From NCBI GenBank assembly GCA_051382295.1, contig JBBCAW010000028.1, positions 1 to 43,363 of the forward strand: a stretch of DNA of 43,363 nt. Direction: 5' to 3'. Positions within the stretch are counted from its first letter, which is position 1; the number at the start of each line of letters is the position of its first letter. This stretch comes from Bdellovibrionota bacterium FG-1 (GTDB lineage: Bacteria; Bdellovibrionota; UBA1018). A program made the translations under genes and the position numbers. This document shows, in pieces, positions 27,410-36,048 of the stretch. Below the pieces are notes generated by a model. It was not told where the DNA came from, did no database searches, and was given only the letters and a program-made list of their open reading frames with translations.

Positions 27410-28484
27410 AGGCATCCACCTCACCGCTATTTCCGAGCTTGAGCATCGCCTCTTGCAGCGACGGTGACTTACGCCCCGTCGTCGGCTCCACGTATTCAAA
27501 GACGGGAAGACGACCGACGATTCCGCGCTGGCAGCCAGAGCAATCGCCTTGGTGGGGACCACGCGTCCAAAGTGGCCCGTCTCCGTATTCTGGGCCACCA
27601 AAGAACTCGTGTCGTTCACGGTCATTCACGATCCGCTTGCAGGTCGGACACAGTTTCGCCAGCAACCGCTGGGCAGATGCAAACCGCAGAAGCGATGTCA
27701 CCTGGTCCTCGCGAATACCCAAGCCCATGAGTCGGCCCGTGACTTCGCGGGCATTATTCGCGTGAAGCGTAGAGAGCACGAGATGCCCGGTCGCCGCAGC
27801 CTGAAAACACAGTTCGGCGGTCTCGCGGTCCCTCACTTCGCCGACGAGAATTACATCCGGGTCCTGCCGCATCATCGCGCGCAGCGCATCGCCATAGCCG
27901 AGCTTCGGCGAGACCTGAATCTGGGTGATGCTCGGGAATGTGTATTCCACCGGGTCTTCGATCGTGACGATGTTGAGACTGGCGCGGTCAAGGGCCGCGA
28001 GGGCCGAGTAGAGAAGCGTGGTCTTGCCGCTGCCCGTGGGGCCGGTGATCAGACATACGCCCGATCCTTGTTTGAGTGCGCGATTTACGGCACGCTGCGC
28101 GTCTTCCTCAAGATTCATGGCCGCAAGGTCAAAGGAGCGGGCCTTATCGAGGAGTCGCAAGACGAGCTTTTCACCGTGAATTGTGGGCACCAGGCTCACC
28201 CTGACATCGAGGTTGAGTTCCGGCACGCTGATCCTTGAATCCTGTGCGCGAAGACTCACGGCCACCGAGCATTGGCTCAACCGCTTTGCCTCTTGCAAGA
28301 AGGGCGCTTTATGGACCTGTGCGATGTTCTTCCACGCAATGAGGTCGCCGTTCACCCGAAAGCGAATCCTCACGCTCTCGCGATCCGGTTGAATATGAAT
28401 ATCCGAAGCGCCCAGGCCCTTGGCCTGCGCGATCATGTCCCAATACAGACCCGCGTATGGATTTTCGTTACCAAGATCACTCAT
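27387..28484 (-). CDS. GspE/PulE/PilB-family secretion ATPase (short form)
   Basis: ASDIHIQP, IRFRVNG, GEKLVLRLL, GPTGSGKT, TIEDPVE, RQDPDVILVGEVRD, TGHLVLSTLH, tetra-Cys motif. Confidence 0.93.
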   Translation of the reverse strand: MSDLGNENPYAGLYWDMIAQAKGLGASDIHIQPDRESVRIRFRVNGDLIAWKNIAQVHKAPFLQEAKRLSQCSVAVSLRAQDSRISVPELNLDVRVSLVPTIHGEKLVLRLLDKARSFDLAAMNLEEDAQRAVNRALKQGSGVCLITGPTGSGKTTLLYSALAALDRASLNIVTIEDPVEYTFPSITQIQVSPKLGYGDALRAMMRQDPDVILVGEVRDRETAELCFQAAATGHLVLSTLHANNAREVTGRLMGLGIREDQVTSLLRFASAQRLLAKLCPTCKRIVNDRERHEFFGGPEYGDGPLWTRGPHQGDCSGCQRGIVGRLPVFEYVEPTTGRKSPSLQEAMLKLGNSGEVDAYEILSAA

Positions 28485-28485
28485 A

Positions 28486-31400
28486 TTAAATTCCCCCACC
28501 CGGAACGGCCTGACAGGCCAGTAGAAGTGCCGCTATTTCAATGGCTGCCGCCGGGGCTTCCGGTATGTCCTGACAGCAGCTCACCTTTTTCCAGACCGTA
28601 AAAAGATAGCCATTGGGTTTCCCAAACATGCGTTGCTCCTCGCGCACGCCCTTCAGGGTTTCAAGTGCGCCCAGATTCTGTCCTTCCCGAAAACAAGAAG
28701 AGCCTTGCGGGTACAGCATTTGCCAGACCTCATCGGGATCGCTTGGGACGGTGTGACTGACTTCCGTGCCGATACTTTTGAGACGCGCGGCGATCATGAG
28801 TGCCGCGCCCGCGCGCGAAGCACCGTGATAGACCCCATAGCGCGGAAAGAAGACGCCCCAACCGTTACAGGCATCGCGCGAAGAGGGCGGATACTTGGGC
28901 AGTGGAAGAGGAAAACTACAACCGCCGCCGCCACCGAACGCAGGGGTACCAGCGCCAGCCAAACCTTCCGCAGCGCCCTTGAGGATGCACGCTTTGGGCG
29001 ATAGGCTCCATGCAAGAAAAGACGGCTGAAGAGAGTCGGCAGTTCCTATGCCCCATTGTTTCCCGAGGTCTTCGCTCATCAGATCAAAACAGGGCATTTC
29101 GGCTCGTGCGCCCTGGCACGGTAAAGCCGAGAAGACCGGGCTTGCCAGTGGCACAGCAATTGATCGGGCCTGAAAAGCGAAAGTGCCATTGTCGTCCTCT
29201 ACACCGAATGGAATTGGCACGCCCGTGTGATGGAGCGCAAGCTGCGCGGCGGCCGGGTGTTGACCAAAAAATGTATCTTTGGAGTTGGGCCAAACTTCGA
29301 GGAACGTCTGTGGGACGTAATACGAGATTTGGGCGCACGGCCTGGGGATCGGCCAGCCGCACATGCACATTCCGACGTTAAAATTCAGGCAGGACATGAA
29401 TTCCGAGGAGCGGATGACCGAGCATACGTTCGGAAAAAGTACGGCGGCCCGGGCGACCTGTGATGCGGGGGCCATGAAGATGAACACGCCGAGACCAATG
29501 ACGACCGTCGTTGCAAAAAAGGACCGCGTCTTGCGTGGAACCTGCGCGGCCTTTCGCAGAATTTTCATGATCGCACGGTGCGAGATTCTCATGGTCTTTA
29601 GGAAATAGGGTTTGAGAAAAAGCTTCTCGAATTGCGTTTCCACCCCGTTAAAAATCTGCGCGAAGGCTTCAAAAGGACGCAACCGCGAAAATTCGCGCGC
29701 GGTGACCGGAAATTCCTGCGTGGTGTGCGTCGAAACACTCTCACTTCGGCTGGTCCGATTGGAGTTCTGCCCGCCGAATAGGAGATCGGGCCGCGTGTTC
29801 TGCGCGCTTTCCGAAGAACTGTGAGACTGCCGCTCGCGATCGACCTGGCCGTGGGGCTCCTGAAAAAGACGGATCGTTTTAGTGTCGGTCGAATTTCCGA
29901 AAATACGCGTGCGAAAATTCTGTAAAATCTCGCGCGTGGCGGGCTCGCTACGAATGGCGTTCTCCAGGGAACTCACGCTTTGGGTGGCCGCGATCGTTAT
30001 GGCCTTCGACTCGCGAGCCTTGGCGAGATAGCGGTCGTCGCCCAATCCGGCGCCACCGCCGCTTGTCGCCACGTCTTGGTATTCGTCCATGACAAGCACC
30101 GCATAACGAGTGTCTGGGGCGTTTGCCTCATCGACCCGTGCCAGTACGGCCTCTTGATAGAGCAGTTTAAAGAGCGTTCCGATGGAGCGGGCCAGGGAAT
30201 CGTTTTCGATATTGAGGCAGATCAGTTTGCCGTCCCTTACGGCCTGGGCGATTGAATGCAGGGTGATTTCGTTTCGTGCAGGCGACAGGATTTGGGAGAC
30301 GCGGTATTCCAAAAATTCATTCAGGAAGCCTGTTGCCGTGGCGAGAATGCTGGTGCGAATCTTCTGATCCATTTGCGAAAACTCTTCTTTGAAGTAATTG
30401 ATCGCCATTGTGATGTTGTCGCGTTCCTCGGGGGTCCATTCGCGGGTGGCCAGGCAGTCGGCCAGCTCCGCCGCGAGCCCCTCGTCACGCGCCTGGATCA
30501 GGGCGCGATACAACTCACGGAAAGTAAAATATTCGAACTTTGTGGCGCAGTAGACGAGGGAGTTCTTGAGTAGGTTGAAACTCGCTTGTTCCCAAAAGCG
30601 GTTGTCCGATGAGCTGCCGAGAAAGTTTACCGAAGCTAGCCGCAGGCTATTTGCGATACTGGTGAAGGCCGAGTTGCGGAGCATTCCTTCACGCCAAATA
30701 GGATTGAATTTCACAGAGCCTTCAAGGGATACCCAGAGCAAATGTTCGGTCATGCCCTGAGCTTCGATGATCTTGCGCAACTCGCTGACGAAAGTTCTTT
30801 TGGGGTCAATCGCGAGGAGCGATGGTCTAATCGAAAAGAACGCTAGGATTTGCTGCAAAAGACGCAGAAGGATCTGCGACTTCCCAGACCCGATCGATCC
30901 AGAAAGAAAAAGGTTACCCGTCAGGCCACGGAGCCCCTGGTAGACCCATTTCGCCTTATGGCTTTCTCCAGCCAAGGTGGGATTTGGTTCCTCATAAATT
31001 GCACCGAGGATAATCCCGTCTTGAATGGCGTCGATCCGGGGCAACCGCCCTGTCGGAATCGGTAAAATGCGAATGAGTTGTCGGAAACTCAATTGAATGG
31101 CGATCATCGCTCCAATGCCTGCGACGCCCACGTTGGCGATGAAGATGCCTTTCAGGTGGGCTGTGGATAGGGCGAACGGAAGAAGGTCGAGGCGGTGAAG
31201 CGCACACTGATGGGTGGCAAGGTACCAGCCCCCGAGGTTGGCCAAGGTGTAGGCGGCAATATATTGCGCGATGATGATTGCGAGTTTTCGACGGTGATCC
31301 TGCTCGGTCTCACTGGGGCTGCTCACTCGAAGCGATTTTGTGTACCGCTTTGCAGCCACCCCAATCCAGATGATGTTGCCAAGCAGCACCGCCGCGAACA

Positions 31401-31590
31401 CGAGGAGCGGTGTGGAATTGATTTCGCCAAACCAAGCGAGGCGGCTTGCAAGAAGCTCCGTCGCGCGTGGGCTTTTTAGCCAAAAGAAAAGGGCCGCAAC
31501 ACCGCCCGCCGCAAGAAGGGCAGCGGGGAGAGGAATATCAGGATTTTTTGCGCCAGGTAGAGCGTTAGGGCGGGTTGCGGCTTCAGTCAT
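28486..31590 (-). CDS. TraD/VirD4-like coupling protein fused to a C-terminal TraU-like domain
   Basis: N-terminal TMs, GSIGSGKS, IDPK, LVMDEYQ, ATQS; then TM and CMC..PIPRPC..YYVP..FLEV, WG.FFPR.G, WQMLYP, VWKKVSCC; ATGA overlap with ssb. Confidence 0.8.
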   Translation of the reverse strand: MTEAATRPNALPGAKNPDIPLPAALLAAGGVAALFFWLKSPRATELLASRLAWFGEINSTPLLVFAAVLLGNIIWIGVAAKRYTKSLRVSSPSETEQDHRRKLAIIIAQYIAAYTLANLGGWYLATHQCALHRLDLLPFALSTAHLKGIFIANVGVAGIGAMIAIQLSFRQLIRILPIPTGRLPRIDAIQDGIILGAIYEEPNPTLAGESHKAKWVYQGLRGLTGNLFLSGSIGSGKSQILLRLLQQILAFFSIRPSLLAIDPKRTFVSELRKIIEAQGMTEHLLWVSLEGSVKFNPIWREGMLRNSAFTSIANSLRLASVNFLGSSSDNRFWEQASFNLLKNSLVYCATKFEYFTFRELYRALIQARDEGLAAELADCLATREWTPEERDNITMAINYFKEEFSQMDQKIRTSILATATGFLNEFLEYRVSQILSPARNEITLHSIAQAVRDGKLICLNIENDSLARSIGTLFKLLYQEAVLARVDEANAPDTRYAVLVMDEYQDVATSGGGAGLGDDRYLAKARESKAITIAATQSVSSLENAIRSEPATREILQNFRTRIFGNSTDTKTIRLFQEPHGQVDRERQSHSSSESAQNTRPDLLFGGQNSNRTSRSESVSTHTTQEFPVTAREFSRLRPFEAFAQIFNGVETQFEKLFLKPYFLKTMRISHRAIMKILRKAAQVPRKTRSFFATTVVIGLGVFIFMAPASQVARAAVLFPNVCSVIRSSEFMSCLNFNVGMCMCGWPIPRPCAQISYYVPQTFLEVWPNSKDTFFGQHPAAAQLALHHTGVPIPFGVEDDNGTFAFQARSIAVPLASPVFSALPCQGARAEMPCFDLMSEDLGKQWGIGTADSLQPSFLAWSLSPKACILKGAAEGLAGAGTPAFGGGGGCSFPLPLPKYPPSSRDACNGWGVFFPRYGVYHGASRAGAALMIAARLKSIGTEVSHTVPSDPDEVWQMLYPQGSSCFREGQNLGALETLKGVREEQRMFGKPNGYLFTVWKKVSCCQDIPEAPAAAIEIAALLLACQAVPGGGI

Positions 31591-32006
31591 TGGGCTACCC
31601 CCTCTCCAGTCCATTGGTCAAACGTCGGTCCGGGTGCCTCGCCTGTTTTTTCATCGCGTGCCGCACGCAAACGCTCGACTTTGAGTACGTCGGAGGCCAC
31701 GATCTCGAAGGCCAACCGTTTGGTGCCGGCCTTGTCGGTGTAGGGGCTAACTTTAAGTTCGCCGGCCACGAGAAGTAGATCACCTTTGCGCGCGTTAGCG
31801 ACGACACGATCGCCGAGGCTTCCGAAGCAGGTTATGCGGAACCATTGGGGCTCACGCTGAACCCGTTCGCCGGAGTCGGCATCGACCCCGCTCACGTTTT
31901 GCGCGATGGCAAAAGCCACGACGCTTTTTCCTGATTTCGTCTTAGCTCGCGCCTCCGGTGCTTCGCCGACGTTTCCGATGACTGTGATTTGATTGCTTGT
32001 GTTCAT
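31587..32006 (-). CDS. ssb: Single-stranded DNA-binding protein
   Basis: NQITVIGNVG..PE, WFRITCFG, KGDLL.V.G.L...Y.DK.G. Confidence 0.92.
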   Translation of the reverse strand: MNTSNQITVIGNVGEAPEARAKTKSGKSVVAFAIAQNVSGVDADSGERVQREPQWFRITCFGSLGDRVVANARKGDLLLVAGELKVSPYTDKAGTKRLAFEIVASDVLKVERLRAARDEKTGEAPGPTFDQWTGEGVAQ

Positions 32007-32014
32007 AATTTCCT

Positions 32015-32473
32015 CTATCCGTTGAAGCCATTCATGGTGCCAATGAGCGGGACCCAGACGCCGCGCTCGTAATTCTCCTCAAAAGCCGTAAACTTTGGGT
32101 TATCGAAGGGCGATGGATACTTCCCGAACACCTCGTTGACTGCGCCTTCAAGTAATTCGCGACGGAACATGAATTTTGGATAAGCCGTGACGAGAGCTGT
32201 GTAAGCATTGGGCCACAGGGCCTTGATCCGGCGCGATAGCTGTAGGCCGACACCGCGAACAGAACCAAAATCCTGATCGAGGTAAAACCTCTCGTGCCCA
32301 CGGAATACGTCTCGCCCGATGTCGTCGAGGAACCACTCCGCATCGGGATAGGTCATGAGCGAAATCCCCTTCGCCCGTGAGATGCGCAGCCATTCGTCGC
32401 GAATCGCCTGCTCTTCTTCGACAAGGACGTAGGTCACTGGTTCACTGCTCGGAGACATAGTTTGCGGGTTCAT
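32015..32473 (-). CDS. Stand-alone atypical receiver (CheY-like) domain protein
   Basis: YVLVEEE, FYLDQDFG...GLQL...IK, ALVTAY; TGATG overlap with the upstream ORF. Confidence 0.65.
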   Translation of the reverse strand: MNPQTMSPSSEPVTYVLVEEEQAIRDEWLRISRAKGISLMTYPDAEWFLDDIGRDVFRGHERFYLDQDFGSVRGVGLQLSRRIKALWPNAYTALVTAYPKFMFRRELLEGAVNEVFGKYPSPFDNPKFTAFEENYERGVWVPLIGTMNGFNG

Positions 32474-32679
32474 CAGTGGAACCCTCGTCCCATGAAGCGA
32501 CATCTGGCGTCGTTGCGATACCGCGCAAGCCGCTCTTCCGGGGTTTCGTGGTTCGCATCTTCAAATTCTGTCGGGATTCCGGTTGATTCACTGCTCTCTG
32601 GAAAAAGAGTTCGGATTATCCGAGAAATCCTGCTTTTCAGCGCTACCAGTGAGTTTTTGATTTCGTCTTCTTGGTTCAT
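32473..32679 (-). CDS. Small hypothetical protein, first gene after promoter P3
   Basis: GGAGAG RBS before ATG 32679; translationally coupled to the next gene. Confidence 0.6.
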   Translation of the reverse strand: MNQEDEIKNSLVALKSRISRIIRTLFPESSESTGIPTEFEDANHETPEERLARYRNDARCRFMGRGFH

Positions 32680-32740
32680 TTTGCTCTCCATCTCGTCTAT
32701 TGCCCACATGGGCAGGGTTGAACTTTCGGAGAGTTCTAAG

Positions 32741-32861
32741 AGCAGGTGATGTGCCAAAATGAAGCGGGAGCTAACTGGCGGAAATGATGGAGTTGAGGTG
32801 TTTTTAAGATAGGCAATTGGGCGGTGAAAGTCTACCGGCAGAGACTTGTGTGTAGACTTTC
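32741..32861 (-). promoter_or_regulatory. Sigma54 promoter P3 (receiver-ssb-coupling protein operon) with IHF-like site and UAS
   Basis: TGGCACATCACCTGCT at 32756-32741; IHF-like site at 32772; palindrome at 32826-32861. Confidence 0.85.
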
Positions 32862-32961
32862 GAGGGACGAATGGCTTCAAGAGAGGGCGGCGGAGATCAC
32901 GGGCAGCGTGCTTTTCAGTTCAGTTGTCACCTTCCGGGTAAGACCGGAGCGAAAGGCCGCC

Positions 32962-33585
32962 TTATGGAGTATCTGCACGTGGGCCATCCCGCCCCGCTGT
33001 GCTCCCTGTACATGGTCTGTGGCTCTTTCTAAGCGGTTGGCTGGGCTCGGGTTGAATCATGAGAGGCCCAATCGCTGATTGTATAAAATACTTTTGATAT
33101 TTCTTACGAGCGGATTCGCCGGTTCTTAGGTTTTGCTTCCGCATCATGCGGCGAGCCTTCGCTTCCTCTCGGCGTCCTCCAATAACTTTTCGAAGCAGTT
33201 CACGACCGTAGTGATTTTTCTGATCGCGGATAGAGCGACGCTCGATGGCAATGTATTCGCGAAATAAACTCCGCGCTTGATCCGTCCATGGGAGAACGTA
33301 GGCACCCTCAAGTATCGCTCTCCCCACCCAAGCCCGATGCCACATTCGGGAATAGCCAATCGAGATACAATCCAGTGGGAGATAGAGTTTTTTACAAATC
33401 CAAATCCATTCTGTGACGCCAACCGCCCCAATGTCCCATTCGCCATCTTTAATTTTCGGCTTGCCCTTTGCGGCAATGAAAGCACGGAGGAAAAAGTTTT
33501 CATTCAGCCCGAGTTCATGAAGCGCGAGATTGATAATCGCTGAAAAGTCGCCGGATGCTATTGATGGGAAAAGTGGACGTTGCAT
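32962..33585 (-). CDS. Hypothetical protein, divergent from the XRE genes
   Basis: About 200-aa ORF; GGAGAGGG RBS before ATG 33585. Confidence 0.55.
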   Translation of the reverse strand: MQRPLFPSIASGDFSAIINLALHELGLNENFFLRAFIAAKGKPKIKDGEWDIGAVGVTEWIWICKKLYLPLDCISIGYSRMWHRAWVGRAILEGAYVLPWTDQARSLFREYIAIERRSIRDQKNHYGRELLRKVIGGRREEAKARRMMRKQNLRTGESARKKYQKYFIQSAIGPLMIQPEPSQPLRKSHRPCTGSTAGRDGPRADTP

Positions 33586-33626
33586 GGACTTATCCCTCTC
33601 CTTGAAATGTATGTTCACCGAGAAGT

Positions 33627-33683
33627 GCCGTATAGGCCGTCATCTCAGGTTTCGTATAGGAATCCGAAATCTTCGTATACGAA
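33627..33683. promoter_or_regulatory. Three related operator-like palindromes between divergent genes
   Basis: GCCGTATAGGCC 33627, TTCGTATAGGAA 33651, TTCGTATACGAA 33672. Confidence 0.55.
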
Positions 33684-33722
33684 ACTAGTGGAGTAAAAAA
33701 ATCGCCTACGCTCTTGACTGCA

Positions 33723-34022
33723 ATGGCGAAACTAGTCGAGGCCAAGAGCGATGGCCCAAATGACAAAAAAGGACGGAAGAAGCGCTTTGAGTACAGCTCG
33801 GCTGAAATGGCTGAACTCAAAAAACTTGGACGCGGCGTAGCATTCTTCATATCCAAGAGCGGCAAATCGACCGAAAAGTTTGCATATGAAACCGGCTTGG
33901 GAAAAGGCCACTTGTCCCGAATCGTTCGGGGACAGTCCGATATCAGATACTGCACACTACGCACGATCGCCAAGGGACTTGGATTCAAAGACGTGCCTTC
34001 CTTTCTTTCCGAGATTCTTTAA
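33723..34022 (+). CDS. XRE-family HTH regulator
   Basis: STEKFAYETGLGKGHLSRIVRG..DIR..TL..IAKGLG. Confidence 0.85.
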   Translation: MAKLVEAKSDGPNDKKGRKKRFEYSSAEMAELKKLGRGVAFFISKSGKSTEKFAYETGLGKGHLSRIVRGQSDIRYCTLRTIAKGLGFKDVPSFLSEIL

Positions 34023-34061
34023 TCCCGTGACTACCACAAATATCACATATTCGCGCGTTTC

Positions 34062-34077
34062 GTCCACAGTTGTGGAC
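34062..34077. promoter_or_regulatory. Palindromic operator candidate GTCCACA-GT-TGTGGAC
   Basis: Upstream of the second XRE gene and a TAGAAT -10-like box. Confidence 0.5.
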
Positions 34078-34114
34078 TCATGAAGCCAACAAAGTCCGTA
34101 GAATATCTGAGAAA

Positions 34115-34378
34115 ATGGCAGTGAAGAGGAAAACAAACAAACCCAAGGCAGACCAAAAGTGGCTGATCGCTCTTGGTAAGCATATCGAGGGCCTGATGAG
34201 GGCGCGCGGATTCGAGTCGGCTTACGACTTCTGGATCAATAGCGCGAGTGACCAATTTTCTCGGGCGGCTCTTCAGTATATAATTGCAGGCAAGAGAGAC
34301 CCCAAAGCTACAAGTCTGTGCGCTCTAGCAAAACTCCTAGGCGTAAAGCCTTCGGTACTCTTGGAATTTGAGCTGTAG
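34115..34378 (+). CDS. XRE-family HTH regulator
   Basis: LGKHI, SRAALQYIIAGKRDP...SL.ALAKLLGV.P..LL. Confidence 0.8.
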   Translation: MAVKRKTNKPKADQKWLIALGKHIEGLMRARGFESAYDFWINSASDQFSRAALQYIIAGKRDPKATSLCALAKLLGVKPSVLLEFEL

Positions 34379-34401
34379 CGCAGCACGTTAATAACGGTAT
34401 C

Positions 34402-35907
34402 TTACCTAACCGTGCGTCGTAAGACATCGCGCCTCAGTTCGGCGTAGAATGTTTGCGCCAGTGCATTCAAATGTTCTGGAAGTTCAGAAATGACAGGCAC
34501 ATGGCCTTCGATAAAGTATGGATTTCTGGGGTCGACTTCGGCGGTCCGTATCCAAAGCATGGCGAAGTTTACGATTCCCAATGCTGGTCTGCCTTTCGCT
34601 GATTCTAACAATCTTTTGGAAACATCATTAAGGCTACTTAGGGCGTCATCGACATTGCCGTGATTGCTCTCAAAATCCAAAGTAGCGGCATAATCCTTCC
34701 ACCTTAGGAAATCCGGATAATTCAGTTCGACGAGCACACGTTGGTCTCGTGGATTCTCCATCATTTTTTGCCATGTTTTCTCATCAATGGCCTCGGTCTT
34801 CGCCATTTCTTCCATGAAGCATCTATGCATTGCTACGAATTGCGTCGGATCAGCGCGCATTTCTTCGACGACGCCGACAATTGATCCAAGCAAAGAACCC
34901 AGGTGCTGCATTTTTCTGTATCCAGCAAGTCGATCGTGTTCTGACCAAAAGAAATGTTGTTCCGTGTAGAGCCCTGGTCGGCTCAATGTTGGAAACAGTT
35001 GGCGGCAGCCAAAATCATTCCAACCGAATTCCCTGAGTAATGCATCGTGCTTGTTACAGTAGTTCTGAAACTCAGCATTACTGATGGCTCCACCAGCTAA
35101 CATCGCGACAGGCAAGAGTCTCGCTCCTCCCTTTTTCTTTGCGAACTTCGCAAGTTTGGACGTCACAGTTTTGAAGTTTGAACCCGAAATCCATTCATCC
35201 AGATGCATAATGATGTCATCCTTCTGAAGATTTAACGCGTCAAGTTTTTCACTCATGAGCTGCTCACGGGTGATTCCGACAGACTTGGAGTTGTTTCGAT
35301 TCAGAGACACTCGTATGTGGTGATACGCAAGACCATCTTGCTTCATGACTTCTTCGAGCAGCTTAGTTGGTATCGAGTTTCCGAGTGGAAACTCGACTAT
35401 AATTACTCTGGTCTTGTCAGTGTAATTAGCCTTTAGACAATTTGAAATATTTTGCAGGAGCGTGACGAGTGGTTCAACTTGGTGTTGAATGCTCCGCACC
35501 CAACGTTCGGCAAGGACGTTAAGCGCCCCACCTGCCAATATCAGGCACTGCTTTGAAAGGTCAGCAGATTGAAACGGTGGTCGTACCGCAAGCAAATTTA
35601 AGGCGCTACCCGCGTTCATTATCATCGACGGCTCATTGCGAATTTCTGGGAACGCGACCACCTGTCCGAGTGCTGCATAGAACGAAGCGATCATCTTGAG
35701 GTGGGAGCGATCAGCTTTTAGCGTCTGAATCACCTCGTCTCGATGCGTTGAAAACAGCTCAGCAAGTTCTTCGAGTCCTTGCTGACCGGAAAGGTGCTGG
35801 AGAAAGTCAGCGCACTCATCTGCGAGCGCTTCATGTTGGCTGTCTAGGCTTTGAAGATATTCTTCGCGATTAACCATTAAGCAGGAATTTCGCAGATAGA
35901 TGTTCAC
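34402..35907 (-). CDS. Hypothetical protein with possible PRTase-like domain
   Basis: 501-aa ORF, AT-richer than flanks; IIMHLDEWISGSN resembles a PRPP-binding loop; start uncertain. Confidence 0.6.
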   Translation of the reverse strand: MNIYLRNSCLMVNREEYLQSLDSQHEALADECADFLQHLSGQQGLEELAELFSTHRDEVIQTLKADRSHLKMIASFYAALGQVVAFPEIRNEPSMIMNAGSALNLLAVRPPFQSADLSKQCLILAGGALNVLAERWVRSIQHQVEPLVTLLQNISNCLKANYTDKTRVIIVEFPLGNSIPTKLLEEVMKQDGLAYHHIRVSLNRNNSKSVGITREQLMSEKLDALNLQKDDIIMHLDEWISGSNFKTVTSKLAKFAKKKGGARLLPVAMLAGGAISNAEFQNYCNKHDALLREFGWNDFGCRQLFPTLSRPGLYTEQHFFWSEHDRLAGYRKMQHLGSLLGSIVGVVEEMRADPTQFVAMHRCFMEEMAKTEAIDEKTWQKMMENPRDQRVLVELNYPDFLRWKDYAATLDFESNHGNVDDALSSLNDVSKRLLESAKGRPALGIVNFAMLWIRTAEVDPRNPYFIEGHVPVISELPEHLNALAQTFYAELRRDVLRRTVR

Positions 35908-36048
35908 GCATGTAACGGAAAGTCGTTCCCAAGTGCGCCGCGTAGGAACGGCGGAGTCTTTTCAGGCTCCATATGCTGAGCGGTCGCCAAGTAAATCGAC
36001 TGGTATCCTCTCTGTCGTCGGCGCTCAGTACTAGGTCAACGGTTGCGG

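Noticed and set aside
27410..27625. Long N-terminal extension of the TraF-like ORF (similarly for traL, traV, mobC and 32473-32880)
   Set aside because: Overlaps upstream genes or promoters; downstream starts have RBSs and signal peptides
14840..32861. 36-bp palindromic repeats as CRISPR repeats
   Set aside because: Three copies are kilobases apart with no spacer array or cas genes; the fixed distance to -24/-12 boxes indicates enhancer sites
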